DNA of 64,000 nucleotides from a virus (Duplodnaviria > Caudoviricetes). Made by a program: the position numbers and the translations under genes. The notes beneath the pieces were generated by a model. That model saw only the letters and a program-made list of their open reading frames with translations, was not told where the DNA came from and searched no databases. The stretch lies in the IMG/VR virus record IMGVR_UViG_3300029288_000076, positions 96,001 to 160,000 of that record; one strand, given 5' to 3'. This document shows, in pieces, positions 51,576-61,196 of the stretch (position 1 is the first letter of the stretch; each line of letters begins with the position of its first letter).

Positions 51576-51640
51576 GGAACTACATCCTTATAAAGTATTA
51601 TAGTTTTCTTGCACAGGATCCGTAGGTTCCTGTAAGAGAA
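51573..51640 (-). ncRNA. putative TnpB omegaRNA 3' scaffold
   Basis: Stem ACAGGA/TCCTGT with loop containing TACGGA able to pseudoknot with terminal TCCGTG; second stem AACTATA/TGTAGTT. Confidence 0.55.
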
Positions 51641-52667
51641 ATCGATTCAAGATATTTAAAGACGCATTATAATCTGCATCGGTAGTGTAACCACAACTCT
51701 TACACTTAAATATCTCACCATTTCGATTCTCCTTGTGGACTGCTTTGCACATTGAGCATTCTTGGCTCGTGTAAGCAGGATTAACTTTGTGAACGTGGAC
51801 ACCACTTATTTCACATCGTTGCCTTAACCTATTTAAAAAATATGAATAAGACCACCGTTGTAACTTATTATTAAATTTCTTGGTAAACTTACCTTTACTG
51901 TGCTTCTTTACATTTTTAAGATCCTCCACAACTAGAATTTTGATAGTTTCAAAAGGAATTTCTTTTGTTACTCTATTAATATAATTATCTCGTTCTATTA
52001 GTTTCCTTTTAAATGCTTTAGAACCTTGTACTTTTCTTGAAATATTTTCAATTTTCTTTTCTAATTCAGTTCCTATTTGTTGTTTTGTAGAAAGAACTGC
52101 CAGCTTCTTATATCCACAATCAAGACCTATAGCTTTTCCTGTTTCTTTTAATGTAACATCTTTCTGGAAAAATAAATCTACAAAAAATGCTCCATCAGAT
52201 CTTTTTCTAAGTCTAATTGACTTTTTAAGATTCCAACTTTCAAAACTATTAAAATGCTCATGTTTTTTAGATGGGATTTTAAAGACAAAATGATTACCAA
52301 TATTCCAAAATTTTATCCATATATCAAAAGAAGTTGAAATATTAAAATTAATAGTAACAAAATTTGAATTGAGAATAATATTTTTCTTTTTAAAAACTGG
52401 TTTTATCTTCTTTTTCTTTTTTCTTTGGCTCTTGACTATTTGTAACGCTTGTTGAGCTAGAGATTGTTTCAAAGCAGGAGATAACCATGTATCTCCAACA
52501 AGATCATAAATAGATTTATATACATAATTCCCTTCAAATACATTATTATCATAGAAAATAGAAATATACTTGTTAATAACTTTTGCTGATTCCTCTAGCA
52601 AAGAACCTAAAATTTGTAATTTGCCAGTGTTTGCTTTATTAATAGATATAGTTGATTTTCTAATCAT
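51588..52667 (-). CDS. tnpB: TnpB RNA-guided endonuclease (IS200/IS605/IS607-related)
   Basis: RuvC GLDCG, VVEDL, DADYNASLNI; PAYTSQEC..C and C..C zinc finger. Confidence 0.93.
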   Translation of the reverse strand: MIRKSTISINKANTGKLQILGSLLEESAKVINKYISIFYDNNVFEGNYVYKSIYDLVGDTWLSPALKQSLAQQALQIVKSQRKKKKKIKPVFKKKNIILNSNFVTINFNISTSFDIWIKFWNIGNHFVFKIPSKKHEHFNSFESWNLKKSIRLRKRSDGAFFVDLFFQKDVTLKETGKAIGLDCGYKKLAVLSTKQQIGTELEKKIENISRKVQGSKAFKRKLIERDNYINRVTKEIPFETIKILVVEDLKNVKKHSKGKFTKKFNNKLQRWSYSYFLNRLRQRCEISGVHVHKVNPAYTSQECSMCKAVHKENRNGEIFKCKSCGYTTDADYNASLNILNRFLLQEPTDPVQENYNTL

Positions 52668-53569
52668 GTTTCATTTCACTTCCTCATTAAAATTAATTTC
52701 GCATCTCAAGATAACTACACCCACAAAGCCATTTATCTGCAGAAGCATGCATTCTAGCAGAACATAAAGGACATTTTTTAGTTGTGAAGTGATAACTATA
52801 TGTATTAACTGAAAATTCCCATCCACAGTTTACACAAGAGTGATGAAATTCTCTGCCTATAATTTCATTAGAAAATTCAAGTTCTATTTCCTTATAACAA
52901 CGAGGGCAATAAAGACTTGTTATATCTTTTTGGTCTAAACCATTAATTACAAATTGTATTCTTTCTTCTTGCATAATTAAATCTCCTCTTCAAAATAATT
53001 GGCTGACTTTTTCTTTCTTATATTTTTCTTATCTAAAACGCACTCAGTTAATAATGTAAATTCTCTACAAGATTGCCATTGTTCTGGATCTTCATATATA
53101 CAATCCCTACAAATTTTTCTGTCCCACCCCATACCAAATAAAGGACAACTCGGTTCAATAAGATCTTCTGCATTTTTGAACATCTTGGCTTCCTCACTGA
53201 ATCCTTGAGAAAATATCTATAGCTTGCTCTTTTGTTGGAGCACAATGAAAACAAAGATAATAATCTGTTTGATATTTTTCTATCATCCACATATCTTCTT
53301 TCTTATAATCTTCTTGGCATAAACAGCATTGCTTCCAAAAATATTTGGGTCGAACAATAAATATAGTATCTTCAAATTTTACTTTTTTTCTTTTCATTTT
53401 AAATTATGCTAACTGCGTTTCTTTAAAAAGTGAACTTCTTTTGATCTATATTAATTCTACTACAAAAGGAAATTCAGCAGAAACAAAGCTCTTATACATT
53501 TTTAAACTAAATCAAATATAAAAAGAATTTGAATTTTGCCTTTATCAAACATAAGTATGCTCACTAAGT

Positions 53570-53607
53570 TAAAATATTCCTAAAATCAAACACAAACTTG
53601 TTCCAAT
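53570..53607. repeat. 38-bp perfect direct repeat of the exonuclease 3' end (other copy 54197..54234)
   Basis: taaaatattcctaaaatcaaacacaaacttgttccaat present twice. Confidence 0.92.
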
Positions 53608-53625
53608 AATAATAGTAAATATAAT

Positions 53626-53838
53626 TTATTCCTTTTTAAAATATTTACAAATAGCGTTTTCATTGACCATAGGAGAATAATTTTCATTTCTTGCACAAAT
53701 GAAAAAGTATTTTCTTTCAGTTACGTTTTCAATAAAATCTATCTTATGATATTTGCACTTACGACAACTATCAACTAGTTTATAGCCAGTCTCATTTAAC
53801 CAAACACTTCTATTAGCTAATCTTTCTAACGCATCCAT
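53626..53838 (-). CDS. small Cys-rich protein
   Basis: YKLVDSCRKCKY...C...ICKYF. Confidence 0.6.
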   Translation of the reverse strand: MDALERLANRSVWLNETGYKLVDSCRKCKYHKIDFIENVTERKYFFICARNENYSPMVNENAICKYFKKE

Positions 53839-53947
53839 TTAAAATCCTTTTTAGATTAAAATATTACATAAATCATTTATTTATACCAATCCTTTACGGC
53901 AATCTAAACATCTAAATTTGAATAACCTTCAACAACTTAAAATATAT

Positions 53948-54181
53948 TCAAACAACTTCTTTCTTCTTATAAGATTTGCAAACAGTATCTTCTTTTACAA
54001 GAGCATGATAATCATCTTGGTAACAAATCTTATACCATTTTTCTTTCATTGCTGAACCAAAAAATTCATCCTTTGAATACTTACACGTAGTACAAGTTTT
54101 TGCTACTCTATAATTTTGTTTATTATTCCAGAATCTTCTTTTCTTTTGGTCATAAGTTTCGTAAGACATAATTTTACTCAT
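53948..54181 (-). CDS. small Cys-rich protein
   Basis: NYRVAKTCTTCKY...C...VCKSY. Confidence 0.6.
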   Translation of the reverse strand: MSKIMSYETYDQKKRRFWNNKQNYRVAKTCTTCKYSKDEFFGSAMKEKWYKICYQDDYHALVKEDTVCKSYKKKEVV

Positions 54182-54190
54182 TTAATACAA

Positions 54191-55126
54191 TTAAACTAAA
54201 ATATTCCTAAAATCAAACACAAACTTGTTCCAATCATTTAAAATGCTTTCAAACTCATACTCTTCTATTTTTTGTTTAAATTTATCTAAATCAATTTTTC
54301 TATTTAAGTATTGAAGCTCAAATTCTTCAAATATTAACTCTTCATATCCTAACTCTTTTACCAATTCTCCTAATTTGAAAAGCTTATAATTTCTTTTTAA
54401 AAGATCTAGAGCATCTTCAGTAAACAGATTCTTATACTTTTTCTTTTCAATTAAATCTGTTTTTATTCGTTCATAATTATCTATAACGTTCCCATAAGTA
54501 TTTACTAAATCTGTTGCTGTTTTTGGCCCTATGCCATCGATTCCTCTAACATTATCACTCATATCACCAAGAAGTATCTTGTAATAAATAAAGTTTTCAA
54601 TACTATTTATACCAGTTTTCTCAGAAAAGTTATCTACAGTAACCAGCTCGTTTTTATTTGGATTGCACCATGCCACATTTGTGTCTACTGCTAAATAAAG
54701 ATCTCTATCAGTAGAAATAATTACGACCTCTTCATTACTACTAAAGAAACTTGCCAATAGATGAATTGAGTCATCAGCCTCTATGCCTTTGATTCTTACG
54801 TTTATAATACCTATTAGGCTAAGAATGTCATATAATTCGTTTAATTGATTTAAAAATTCTAAATAAAATTCATCTGAACCTGGATTATTCTTTCTATTTT
54901 CTGCCCTATTAGTTTTATAAGTATTTAATAGATCAAGACGATAATGCACTTTCCCAAAATCATAACACATCACAACCATTGATGGAGAAAACTTTTTGAG
55001 TACGCTTCTTAGCATATTCAAAACTCCATAAACAACGCTTACTCTCTGACCCTTAGAGTTAGATAAATCTAAAGTAGAATTGGCACGAAATGCGAAATTA
55101 TTTCCATCAATAATACAAATGGTCAT
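54191..55126 (-). CDS. 5'-3' exonuclease / flap endonuclease (PolI N-terminal or T4 RNase H type)
   Basis: IDGNNFAFR, YKTNR, EADD, STDRD, GDMSDN..GI.GIGPKTA. Confidence 0.93.
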   Translation of the reverse strand: MTICIIDGNNFAFRANSTLDLSNSKGQRVSVVYGVLNMLRSVLKKFSPSMVVMCYDFGKVHYRLDLLNTYKTNRAENRKNNPGSDEFYLEFLNQLNELYDILSLIGIINVRIKGIEADDSIHLLASFFSSNEEVVIISTDRDLYLAVDTNVAWCNPNKNELVTVDNFSEKTGINSIENFIYYKILLGDMSDNVRGIDGIGPKTATDLVNTYGNVIDNYERIKTDLIEKKKYKNLFTEDALDLLKRNYKLFKLGELVKELGYEELIFEEFELQYLNRKIDLDKFKQKIEEYEFESILNDWNKFVFDFRNILV

Positions 55127-55746
55127 TCTGTTTCCTCTATTACTTTTTTGCCATGATGAATTTTATTATGCTCTCCAGGAGTTACTAGTTGCAAATTTAT
55201 TAATTCGTTATTTTTTCTATTGCCATCTATATGATGAATATGGTAACCCTCTGGTATCAAACCATTAGCTTCTTCCCATATATAACGATGCAATGATTTT
55301 CTTTTATCACCTTTAACATATATTGAAGTATATGTGCTTGTATCAATAATTTCACCCTTCCACATATAATTTTTTTCTCTCTTAAGAGATTCGCTTATTT
55401 TATGTTTTTGCTCTTCTGGCAAATGCCTACCTTTTAATGTATTACTTATTTTTTTTCTACATTCCTCAGTAATACATCTGCCCTTTAACTTAACACTTAA
55501 TAGTTTTCTAGTCTCATCTGAAAATATTCTTCCCTTTAATTTATCGCTTAACTTTCGCTTATGCTCTTCTGATAAGCTCTTTCCTTTAAATCCAACATTA
55601 GGATTGTTAATAATTTGCCATTTGCTAGAACAAGAAACGCTACAAAACTTTTTACTTTCTTTACTTTTAAACTTAATTACAATTTCATTATTACACTGTA
55701 AACAATATTTTTTTATCTTATCATTTCTATCACAATATTTTATCAT
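55123..55746 (-). CDS. HNH homing endonuclease with NUMOD3 repeats
   Basis: SEEHKRKLS..LKGR repeats; HRYIWE...IHHIDGNRKNN...NL. Confidence 0.9.
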   Translation of the reverse strand: MIKYCDRNDKIKKYCLQCNNEIVIKFKSKESKKFCSVSCSSKWQIINNPNVGFKGKSLSEEHKRKLSDKLKGRIFSDETRKLLSVKLKGRCITEECRKKISNTLKGRHLPEEQKHKISESLKREKNYMWKGEIIDTSTYTSIYVKGDKRKSLHRYIWEEANGLIPEGYHIHHIDGNRKNNELINLQLVTPGEHNKIHHGKKVIEETE

Positions 55747-57128
55747 ATTATCCTTATCTCAAATCCTTCACGCTCGTATATACTAAGTCTATGAAAACTA
55801 TGCCGCGAAAGATAGCGATTATTGGCATCAATTATATCCCATATTTGCACTGTATTTTCTCCTTCTTTTTTCTTTCTCAATGATCTGCCAACACGCTGTA
55901 GTATCTGTCTGCTAGCTTCTCCGCCCTTACCCCCAGCGCCCAAGACTAATTTTCTAATTATGTCAATGTCAACCCCCTCATCCAGTATCGAAGATGAAAT
56001 AAGGGTGCTGAGCGCTCCCGCTTTGAAGTCACTAAAAGCAGCATTTCTATCTACAGCACTTCCATGTATGAAGACGCACTCTATGCCTTCTTTGATTAAC
56101 ATTTTTTCTAAAATTCTTCCATGCTCCAACAAATTTACAATAACTAATGTCCCACTCACAAAATTATCTTTCACAGCATTGACAATAAGAGAATTTCTTA
56201 AATCAGATCTAACAACTAATTCATCATAAATATCTTTATAATTTCTTATGCCACGATCTATATCTTCGTCATTATTTTGAAGCAAATAAACTGTAGGTTT
56301 TGCAGAAAATCCTTGCTCAATAAGTTCATCATTACTAACTTTGATTATGATGTTACCAAAAAAGCTAGCCACTTTCATTCCGGTAAAGTGTTTTATATTT
56401 GGGATTGTGCCCGACATCCCTATAGCGTAGTCGGAATTTATACAATATTTGAAAATTTTCTGCCAAGTTGCTGCGCCAGCTCTATGCACTTCGTCACCGA
56501 TAACTATCTCTGCACTTTTTATAAATTCTATAACATCTCTGTCATTATTCTTAATCCTATTATGAATAGTTGGTACCATCCCAATTGTTATGTCTTGGAT
56601 ATTTTTTGTATCAGAAGAAATTATTCCTATTTTTGTTTTTAATTCTTTTTCGAAAAGCTTGTGTGTTTGCTTTAATAACTCTTGCCTATGAGTTAAAAAA
56701 AGAGTTTTTAGCCCAAGTATTTGAACTATTCCACAAGCAACTATAGTTTTCCCCCCGTTCGTTGCGATTGATACTAAGCTTCGCTTGTTCTCGATTGCTT
56801 TATTAATTGCATCAATTTGATAATCTCTTAAATCTAATGAAACATTTAATTCATTATATTGTGGTTTAGAAATTATAGAATCATCTACAATTTCATAATC
56901 AAAGTTATTTTTCTTTAAAACTTCTATAAGCTGGTTAAAAAACCCAATAGGCAACGAATCTGTTTTACGATCGTAGAATCTATGAAACCCATCCCAGCCG
57001 CCCATTTTGAATGCACGACTGTATTGATATCCTGGTATTTTAGCTGCAAAATGATTTAGTAAGATATTTCTTTCGTTTGGAAAAATATTCTTGAAGTATA
57101 TCTTAAGATTAGTTTTTATTATTTGCAT
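55743..57128 (-). CDS. SF2 DNA helicase, UvsW-like
   Basis: LRDYQ, ATNGGKT, DEVH, SGT, EGVDI, QRVGR.LR. Confidence 0.92.
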   Translation of the reverse strand: MQIIKTNLKIYFKNIFPNERNILLNHFAAKIPGYQYSRAFKMGGWDGFHRFYDRKTDSLPIGFFNQLIEVLKKNNFDYEIVDDSIISKPQYNELNVSLDLRDYQIDAINKAIENKRSLVSIATNGGKTIVACGIVQILGLKTLFLTHRQELLKQTHKLFEKELKTKIGIISSDTKNIQDITIGMVPTIHNRIKNNDRDVIEFIKSAEIVIGDEVHRAGAATWQKIFKYCINSDYAIGMSGTIPNIKHFTGMKVASFFGNIIIKVSNDELIEQGFSAKPTVYLLQNNDEDIDRGIRNYKDIYDELVVRSDLRNSLIVNAVKDNFVSGTLVIVNLLEHGRILEKMLIKEGIECVFIHGSAVDRNAAFSDFKAGALSTLISSSILDEGVDIDIIRKLVLGAGGKGGEASRQILQRVGRSLRKKKEGENTVQIWDIIDANNRYLSRHSFHRLSIYEREGFEIRII

Positions 57129-57307
57129 TTAGCCAATTTGCTTTAATAAAAGAGTATTTTTTTCTTCAACAATCAATATTTTTTCAGGAAAAATAATAAG
57201 ATCACCTTTAATTAAACTGCCGTCAGCTTTCCATTCATCTAATTCTGAATCGTCTAATTCTGACCATTGTCGATGCCAACCATCAGAAGGGTGTAAAATA
57301 TAAATTT

Positions 57308-58363
57308 TCATTCAGTATCTTCTTCGTCTTCGTCTATACTAACAATGTCTTCGCTTTTATTAATTACATTATTACTGTTCAAAGCTTTTTCCCATAGATT
57401 ATTTTGTTCCATTATAGAAATTACTTCATCTTCTCTGATCTTCTTTTCAGTATCTACTAAACCATCAAAACTATTTTTGAATTGATACCAGCCCCTACTA
57501 TTATCAACTACATCAGCCATTTCTAAAACTTCCATTATTCCACTTTCTTTGATAATCCCCTTATCAAAATAAACTTCAAATTGTGCTTTTCTAAATGGAG
57601 CAACAACCCTATTTTTCACTGATTCTGCCTGACATAGAATCCCGATAACTTTTTCTTTATTGTTATCATCCTTAATTCTTTTTTTATGCTTCAACTCAAG
57701 TCTTATAGAAGCGGCAAATTTTGTTCCTTTACCGCCAGGAGTTGAAATTGGATTTCCATACATAACGCCAACATTATCTCTTATTTGATTTACGATTACA
57801 AATCCAATATTTTTATCTGAAAGCTTCTTGCTAATTTTTCTAATACCTTTGCCAATAATTCTTGCTCGCTCTGCCATTTCAGCTTTCTCAACAGAATTTT
57901 CTAATTCCTTTTTTGTTGATGTTCCAGCAAGAGAATCCCATACAATAACTGCTGCTGGAAAAGTATACTTTTCTTTTCCAAACAATTCACAGAAATAGTC
58001 AATAAAATCAAAAATTGTTTCTATTGCATTAATTTGAAGATAAAGAAAATTATTATCTACGTCAAGACCAATAATATTTGCAAAATGTGGATCAAAAGAA
58101 GATTCAGTATCAATATAAACGCTAAAACCTCCTTTCTTCTGCATCTCAGAAAGGATATGAAAAACAAGCAAAGATTTTCCAGTAGATGTATCGCCAAAAA
58201 TCTCTACAATCTTCCCAAAAGGAATACCTTTACCAAGCACCCAATCTATTGATAGAGATTGGGTGCTAACAAATCCAGTTGGAAGTTTATCTAAACCAAC
58301 AACTACGTCTTCATTATCGTCAAGAAAGCCTTTAATAAGATCATCAACTATGCTTTTTGCCAT
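57308..58363 (-). CDS. recA: RecA/UvsX-like recombinase
   Basis: GIPFGKIVEIFG..STGKS, IDTE, WDSLA, NQIR, TPGG...KF.AS.R, KNR..PFR.A. Confidence 0.92.
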   Translation of the reverse strand: MAKSIVDDLIKGFLDDNEDVVVGLDKLPTGFVSTQSLSIDWVLGKGIPFGKIVEIFGDTSTGKSLLVFHILSEMQKKGGFSVYIDTESSFDPHFANIIGLDVDNNFLYLQINAIETIFDFIDYFCELFGKEKYTFPAAVIVWDSLAGTSTKKELENSVEKAEMAERARIIGKGIRKISKKLSDKNIGFVIVNQIRDNVGVMYGNPISTPGGKGTKFAASIRLELKHKKRIKDDNNKEKVIGILCQAESVKNRVVAPFRKAQFEVYFDKGIIKESGIMEVLEMADVVDNSRGWYQFKNSFDGLVDTEKKIREDEVISIMEQNNLWEKALNSNNVINKSEDIVSIDEDEEDTE

Positions 58364-59251
58364 TTACTTAATCCCCATTTTCTTCTTTAAGTCAGCTTTC
58401 ATTTCTTCAATAGTTTTACCAGACTTTGTTTTAATTTCTTCTTTTGGTTCTTCTACTTCAATTTCTTTTTCAGTTTCATCTTCAAAAAACTCTTCCTCTT
58501 CTACTGCTACTTCAGCGCCACTATCAGATTCATCTATAAAAGTAACATCATCATTAGAATCGTCAACAGCACTGTCTTCGTCAACATCTCCGCCTTCTAA
58601 CATTGCCCTCAAATAATCTGCAGAATTGAGAACAAGAACTTCTTTTTTAAAATCATGAAGTTTTTCAAGAAGCTTAAATGAAGGAATAGGCGACTTATCA
58701 ATATCAATCTGGACTCTACTAATAGCAAACCCTGTCGCACTTTTTTCTCTAGGTGTATAGATCAATGTAAAGTTACGGCCTTCTTTAGGATTAAGAATAT
58801 CACCATACTTTGGAATATTTACAAAATATGAAAGAATATCCTCAAACAACATAATGCCAGCCTCAAAAATCTGCACACCCTTTGTTACATCTTTCAAGTC
58901 GATAATATTCATATAAAATCTTGATTTTGCGCGAATGCTATTTGCAAGTTGCTTGTCATCACTATCTTTAGTTTCATAAAGATTTTTAACAAGATCACAA
59001 ATAGGACATGGCTTCTTAGCAATCTGCTGCGGACAGAAAAAAGAAGTAACATCACCTTGGCCAATATTGTAATGTTTAAAATATTCAACATAAAATGTCC
59101 TTGAAAGAGGCGGAGCACTTCCAGCAGGAAGTATTCTAATAGAATTCTCGTTCTCTTTAGGCGCCCATTGATTTCCCTTGCTTCTAGAGAGTTTATCTCT
59201 TTTAGCTTGTAAAGAATTAACATCAATCCCGCCATACTTAAACTCAACCAT
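58364..59251 (-). CDS. single-stranded DNA-binding protein (gp32-like)
   Basis: IRILP, H..C...CPIC zinc site, YMNI, GRNF, acidic tail; located between uvsY-like and recA. Confidence 0.85.
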   Translation of the reverse strand: MVEFKYGGIDVNSLQAKRDKLSRSKGNQWAPKENENSIRILPAGSAPPLSRTFYVEYFKHYNIGQGDVTSFFCPQQIAKKPCPICDLVKNLYETKDSDDKQLANSIRAKSRFYMNIIDLKDVTKGVQIFEAGIMLFEDILSYFVNIPKYGDILNPKEGRNFTLIYTPREKSATGFAISRVQIDIDKSPIPSFKLLEKLHDFKKEVLVLNSADYLRAMLEGGDVDEDSAVDDSNDDVTFIDESDSGAEVAVEEEEFFEDETEKEIEVEEPKEEIKTKSGKTIEEMKADLKKKMGIK

Positions 59252-59271
59252 TGTAAACTCCTTTAGTTTTT

Positions 59272-59292
59272 ATACTATATTATATTTTAAAA
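59272..59292 (-). promoter_or_regulatory. conserved phage promoter upstream of the SSB gene
   Basis: Exact 21-mer followed by AAGGAG RBS. Confidence 0.8.
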
Positions 59293-59300
59293 ACCCAATC

Positions 59301-59738
59301 TTACCTTGTAACTTTCACATCATTGTTGTACTCTTCCCTCATTGAATACCCATAAGCTTTCATAGAATCTCGCTTCATAAGCAATGAATCTTTGCAAGCT
59401 CTTAGAACTTCAGCTACATAAATTGCCTCATTATATTTTTCTTTTAACTCAACTAAAGTCTCATCACCAATTACTTCTTGCCGTATTTTAGCTTCTGTAA
59501 CTTTTTTATTAGTTGTTTCATAAGATTCTCTAATAGTCATATCAAGTTTAGATTCTAAAAGCTCAATAGCTGATTTAAGTTTACTAGCCTGCCATTGAGC
59601 TTTTGCATAAAGAAATGCATACCACGAAAATGTTCCAGGAAGTTTAGTAGCTTCACCAGTAAAATCAGTTTCATCAAATTTTGCCTCATCAAGAATGTTA
59701 ATTTCATATTCTTGGTTAAAGATTTTTACTTTCTCCAT
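59301..59738 (-). CDS. UvsY-like recombination mediator
   Basis: Helical; KVTEAKI..; size and synteny with SSB and RecA. Confidence 0.65.
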   Translation of the reverse strand: MEKVKIFNQEYEINILDEAKFDETDFTGEATKLPGTFSWYAFLYAKAQWQASKLKSAIELLESKLDMTIRESYETTNKKVTEAKIRQEVIGDETLVELKEKYNEAIYVAEVLRACKDSLLMKRDSMKAYGYSMREEYNNDVKVTR

Positions 59739-60202
59739 TACAGATAATCCTCACTAAAAAAGTTTCTAATTTTAACTCCAGCGTTTTTGAAAATAATTAA
59801 TGAATATATCGTATTATATTCACTCTCAAATACAACTTCTTTAATTCCAGCAGTTATTATAAGTTTTGCACATTCTGAACATGGCGTTTCTGGAGTATAA
59901 ATAACAGATTTATGCATACCACCCAATTGTATACCAAATCTTGCGCATGTTCCTATTGCATTAACCTCTGCATGAACGCATAAAACTGTCTCCATATTAT
60001 TACCAGAAACAACTACACTTCCGCCATTACATTTATCTCGTTTACACAAAGAAGTATCTGACCCAAATGGCGGACTATTCCATCCTTCAGAAACAATTCT
60101 TCCATCAAGTGCAATTATGCATCCAACTTTTCTAGTTTTGCATGTTGACTGCTCTTTAACGCGCATCATTATATCATAAAAATACTTATCAGGATCTTTC
60201 AC
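59738..60202 (-). CDS. dCMP deaminase
   Basis: STC..RKVGC, HAEVNAI, PCSECAK.I..AGI. Confidence 0.92.
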   Translation of the reverse strand: MKDPDKYFYDIMMRVKEQSTCKTRKVGCIIALDGRIVSEGWNSPPFGSDTSLCKRDKCNGGSVVVSGNNMETVLCVHAEVNAIGTCARFGIQLGGMHKSVIYTPETPCSECAKLIITAGIKEVVFESEYNTIYSLIIFKNAGVKIRNFFSEDYL

Positions 60203-61196
60203 TTTCTGACCTCAAAAAGTGTTTGTAACAATTGCAATTTTCTAATTCGTAAATAAAATTTTCATGCGGCAAGTTAAACTTCTTGCATAAGAGAACTAAA
60301 GTTAACTGCTTCCAATACATTGAAATATTACAATTCATTATTTCATCTATAAAATAGCTAGCATTAATAGATGCGTCTGCACTTCTTATCAACCTTTCTA
60401 ATCTGCATATAATATTCAAATCACAATCTTCACTATAAATATCGCTATTTACAAATTCCATTTTTGGCATTGAAAAATATTGTTTGTTTTTTTCATCTAC
60501 AATATTGTGCCCTTTTTCATAGAATTTATCATAAATATGAAATGAATTACAGATGTGTGTATATGCACCAACTTCAACATTTAATAAAATTGCTAAAATC
60601 TCTTGAAACATTGTAAAACTAAATGCATCATAAGGAGTTCCCCAAATAACATCTTGGGACCGCATATGTGTAATCATATGCAATTTATTTTCTCTTACAA
60701 AAAACTGCAAGTCTAAAGTACATACTTGATCTTTGGTATGCTTAAGAGAATCTTGTGGAGTCTTTATATGAATAATAGCATGCCTTGTATAAAGATCTTC
60801 TTCAAATTTCTTTATAACAAAATCAAGCTGATCAAATCCTATATCCTTATTTGCGCCAAAAATTCTATTTCCATAAGCAGAATTAAGAGTTAAGCCATCG
60901 TCACTAAAATTATCAAAATTCTTAGAATAATATTTCATTGTGGCTAAATCATCTCTTCCACTCCAATACCATAAAAACTCACCTATAGCGAATGGCAAAC
61001 TAATCTTGCGCTTTTTAGAAAAAATAAGTCTATTTCTAATATTTGTTAAGCAAAATCCACTAGCTAAAATTTCGGTGTTCTCAAGACATCTACATTTTAC
61101 TTTGCTACCAAAAGCAAATATTGCGTCTATCATATCTTGATAAATATAATCCATATTGGTAGCACTATTAAAGTAAGTCATTATAACATCTCCCAC
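60189..61196 (-). CDS. thymidylate synthase homologue, probable dCMP hydroxymethylase-type enzyme
   Basis: AYG.R, D.VCT..LQF.VR, MRSQD.IWG.PYD (Asp at the dUMP/dCMP specificity site), SFHIY. Confidence 0.85.
   Translation of the reverse strand: MGDVIMTYFNSATNMDYIYQDMIDAIFAFGSKVKCRCLENTEILASGFCLTNIRNRLIFSKKRKISLPFAIGEFLWYWSGRDDLATMKYYSKNFDNFSDDGLTLNSAYGNRIFGANKDIGFDQLDFVIKKFEEDLYTRHAIIHIKTPQDSLKHTKDQVCTLDLQFFVRENKLHMITHMRSQDVIWGTPYDAFSFTMFQEILAILLNVEVGAYTHICNSFHIYDKFYEKGHNIVDEKNKQYFSMPKMEFVNSDIYSEDCDLNIICRLERLIRSADASINASYFIDEIMNCNISMYWKQLTLVLLCKKFNLPHENFIYELENCNCYKHFLRSESERS

Larger units (their letters stand above)
51572..52679 (-). mobile_element. minimal TnpB-only element with no transposase
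   Basis: tnpB plus 3' structured RNA, bounded by GTGA at both ends; no tnpA in the window. Confidence 0.55.

Noticed and set aside
51572-52679. Complete IS605/IS607 element or a Cas12 system
   Set aside because: No tnpA or serine recombinase and no CRISPR array nearby; size and motifs fit plain TnpB.
326-59247. Nested alternative-frame minus ORFs (326..568, 11934..12200, 15237..15449, 39456..39710, 41828..42010, 58909..59247)
   Set aside because: Fully overlapped by better-supported genes on the same strand.
60189-61196. Canonical thyA
   Set aside because: Asp rather than Asn at the specificity position, ThyX present, and linkage to a glycosyltransferase.
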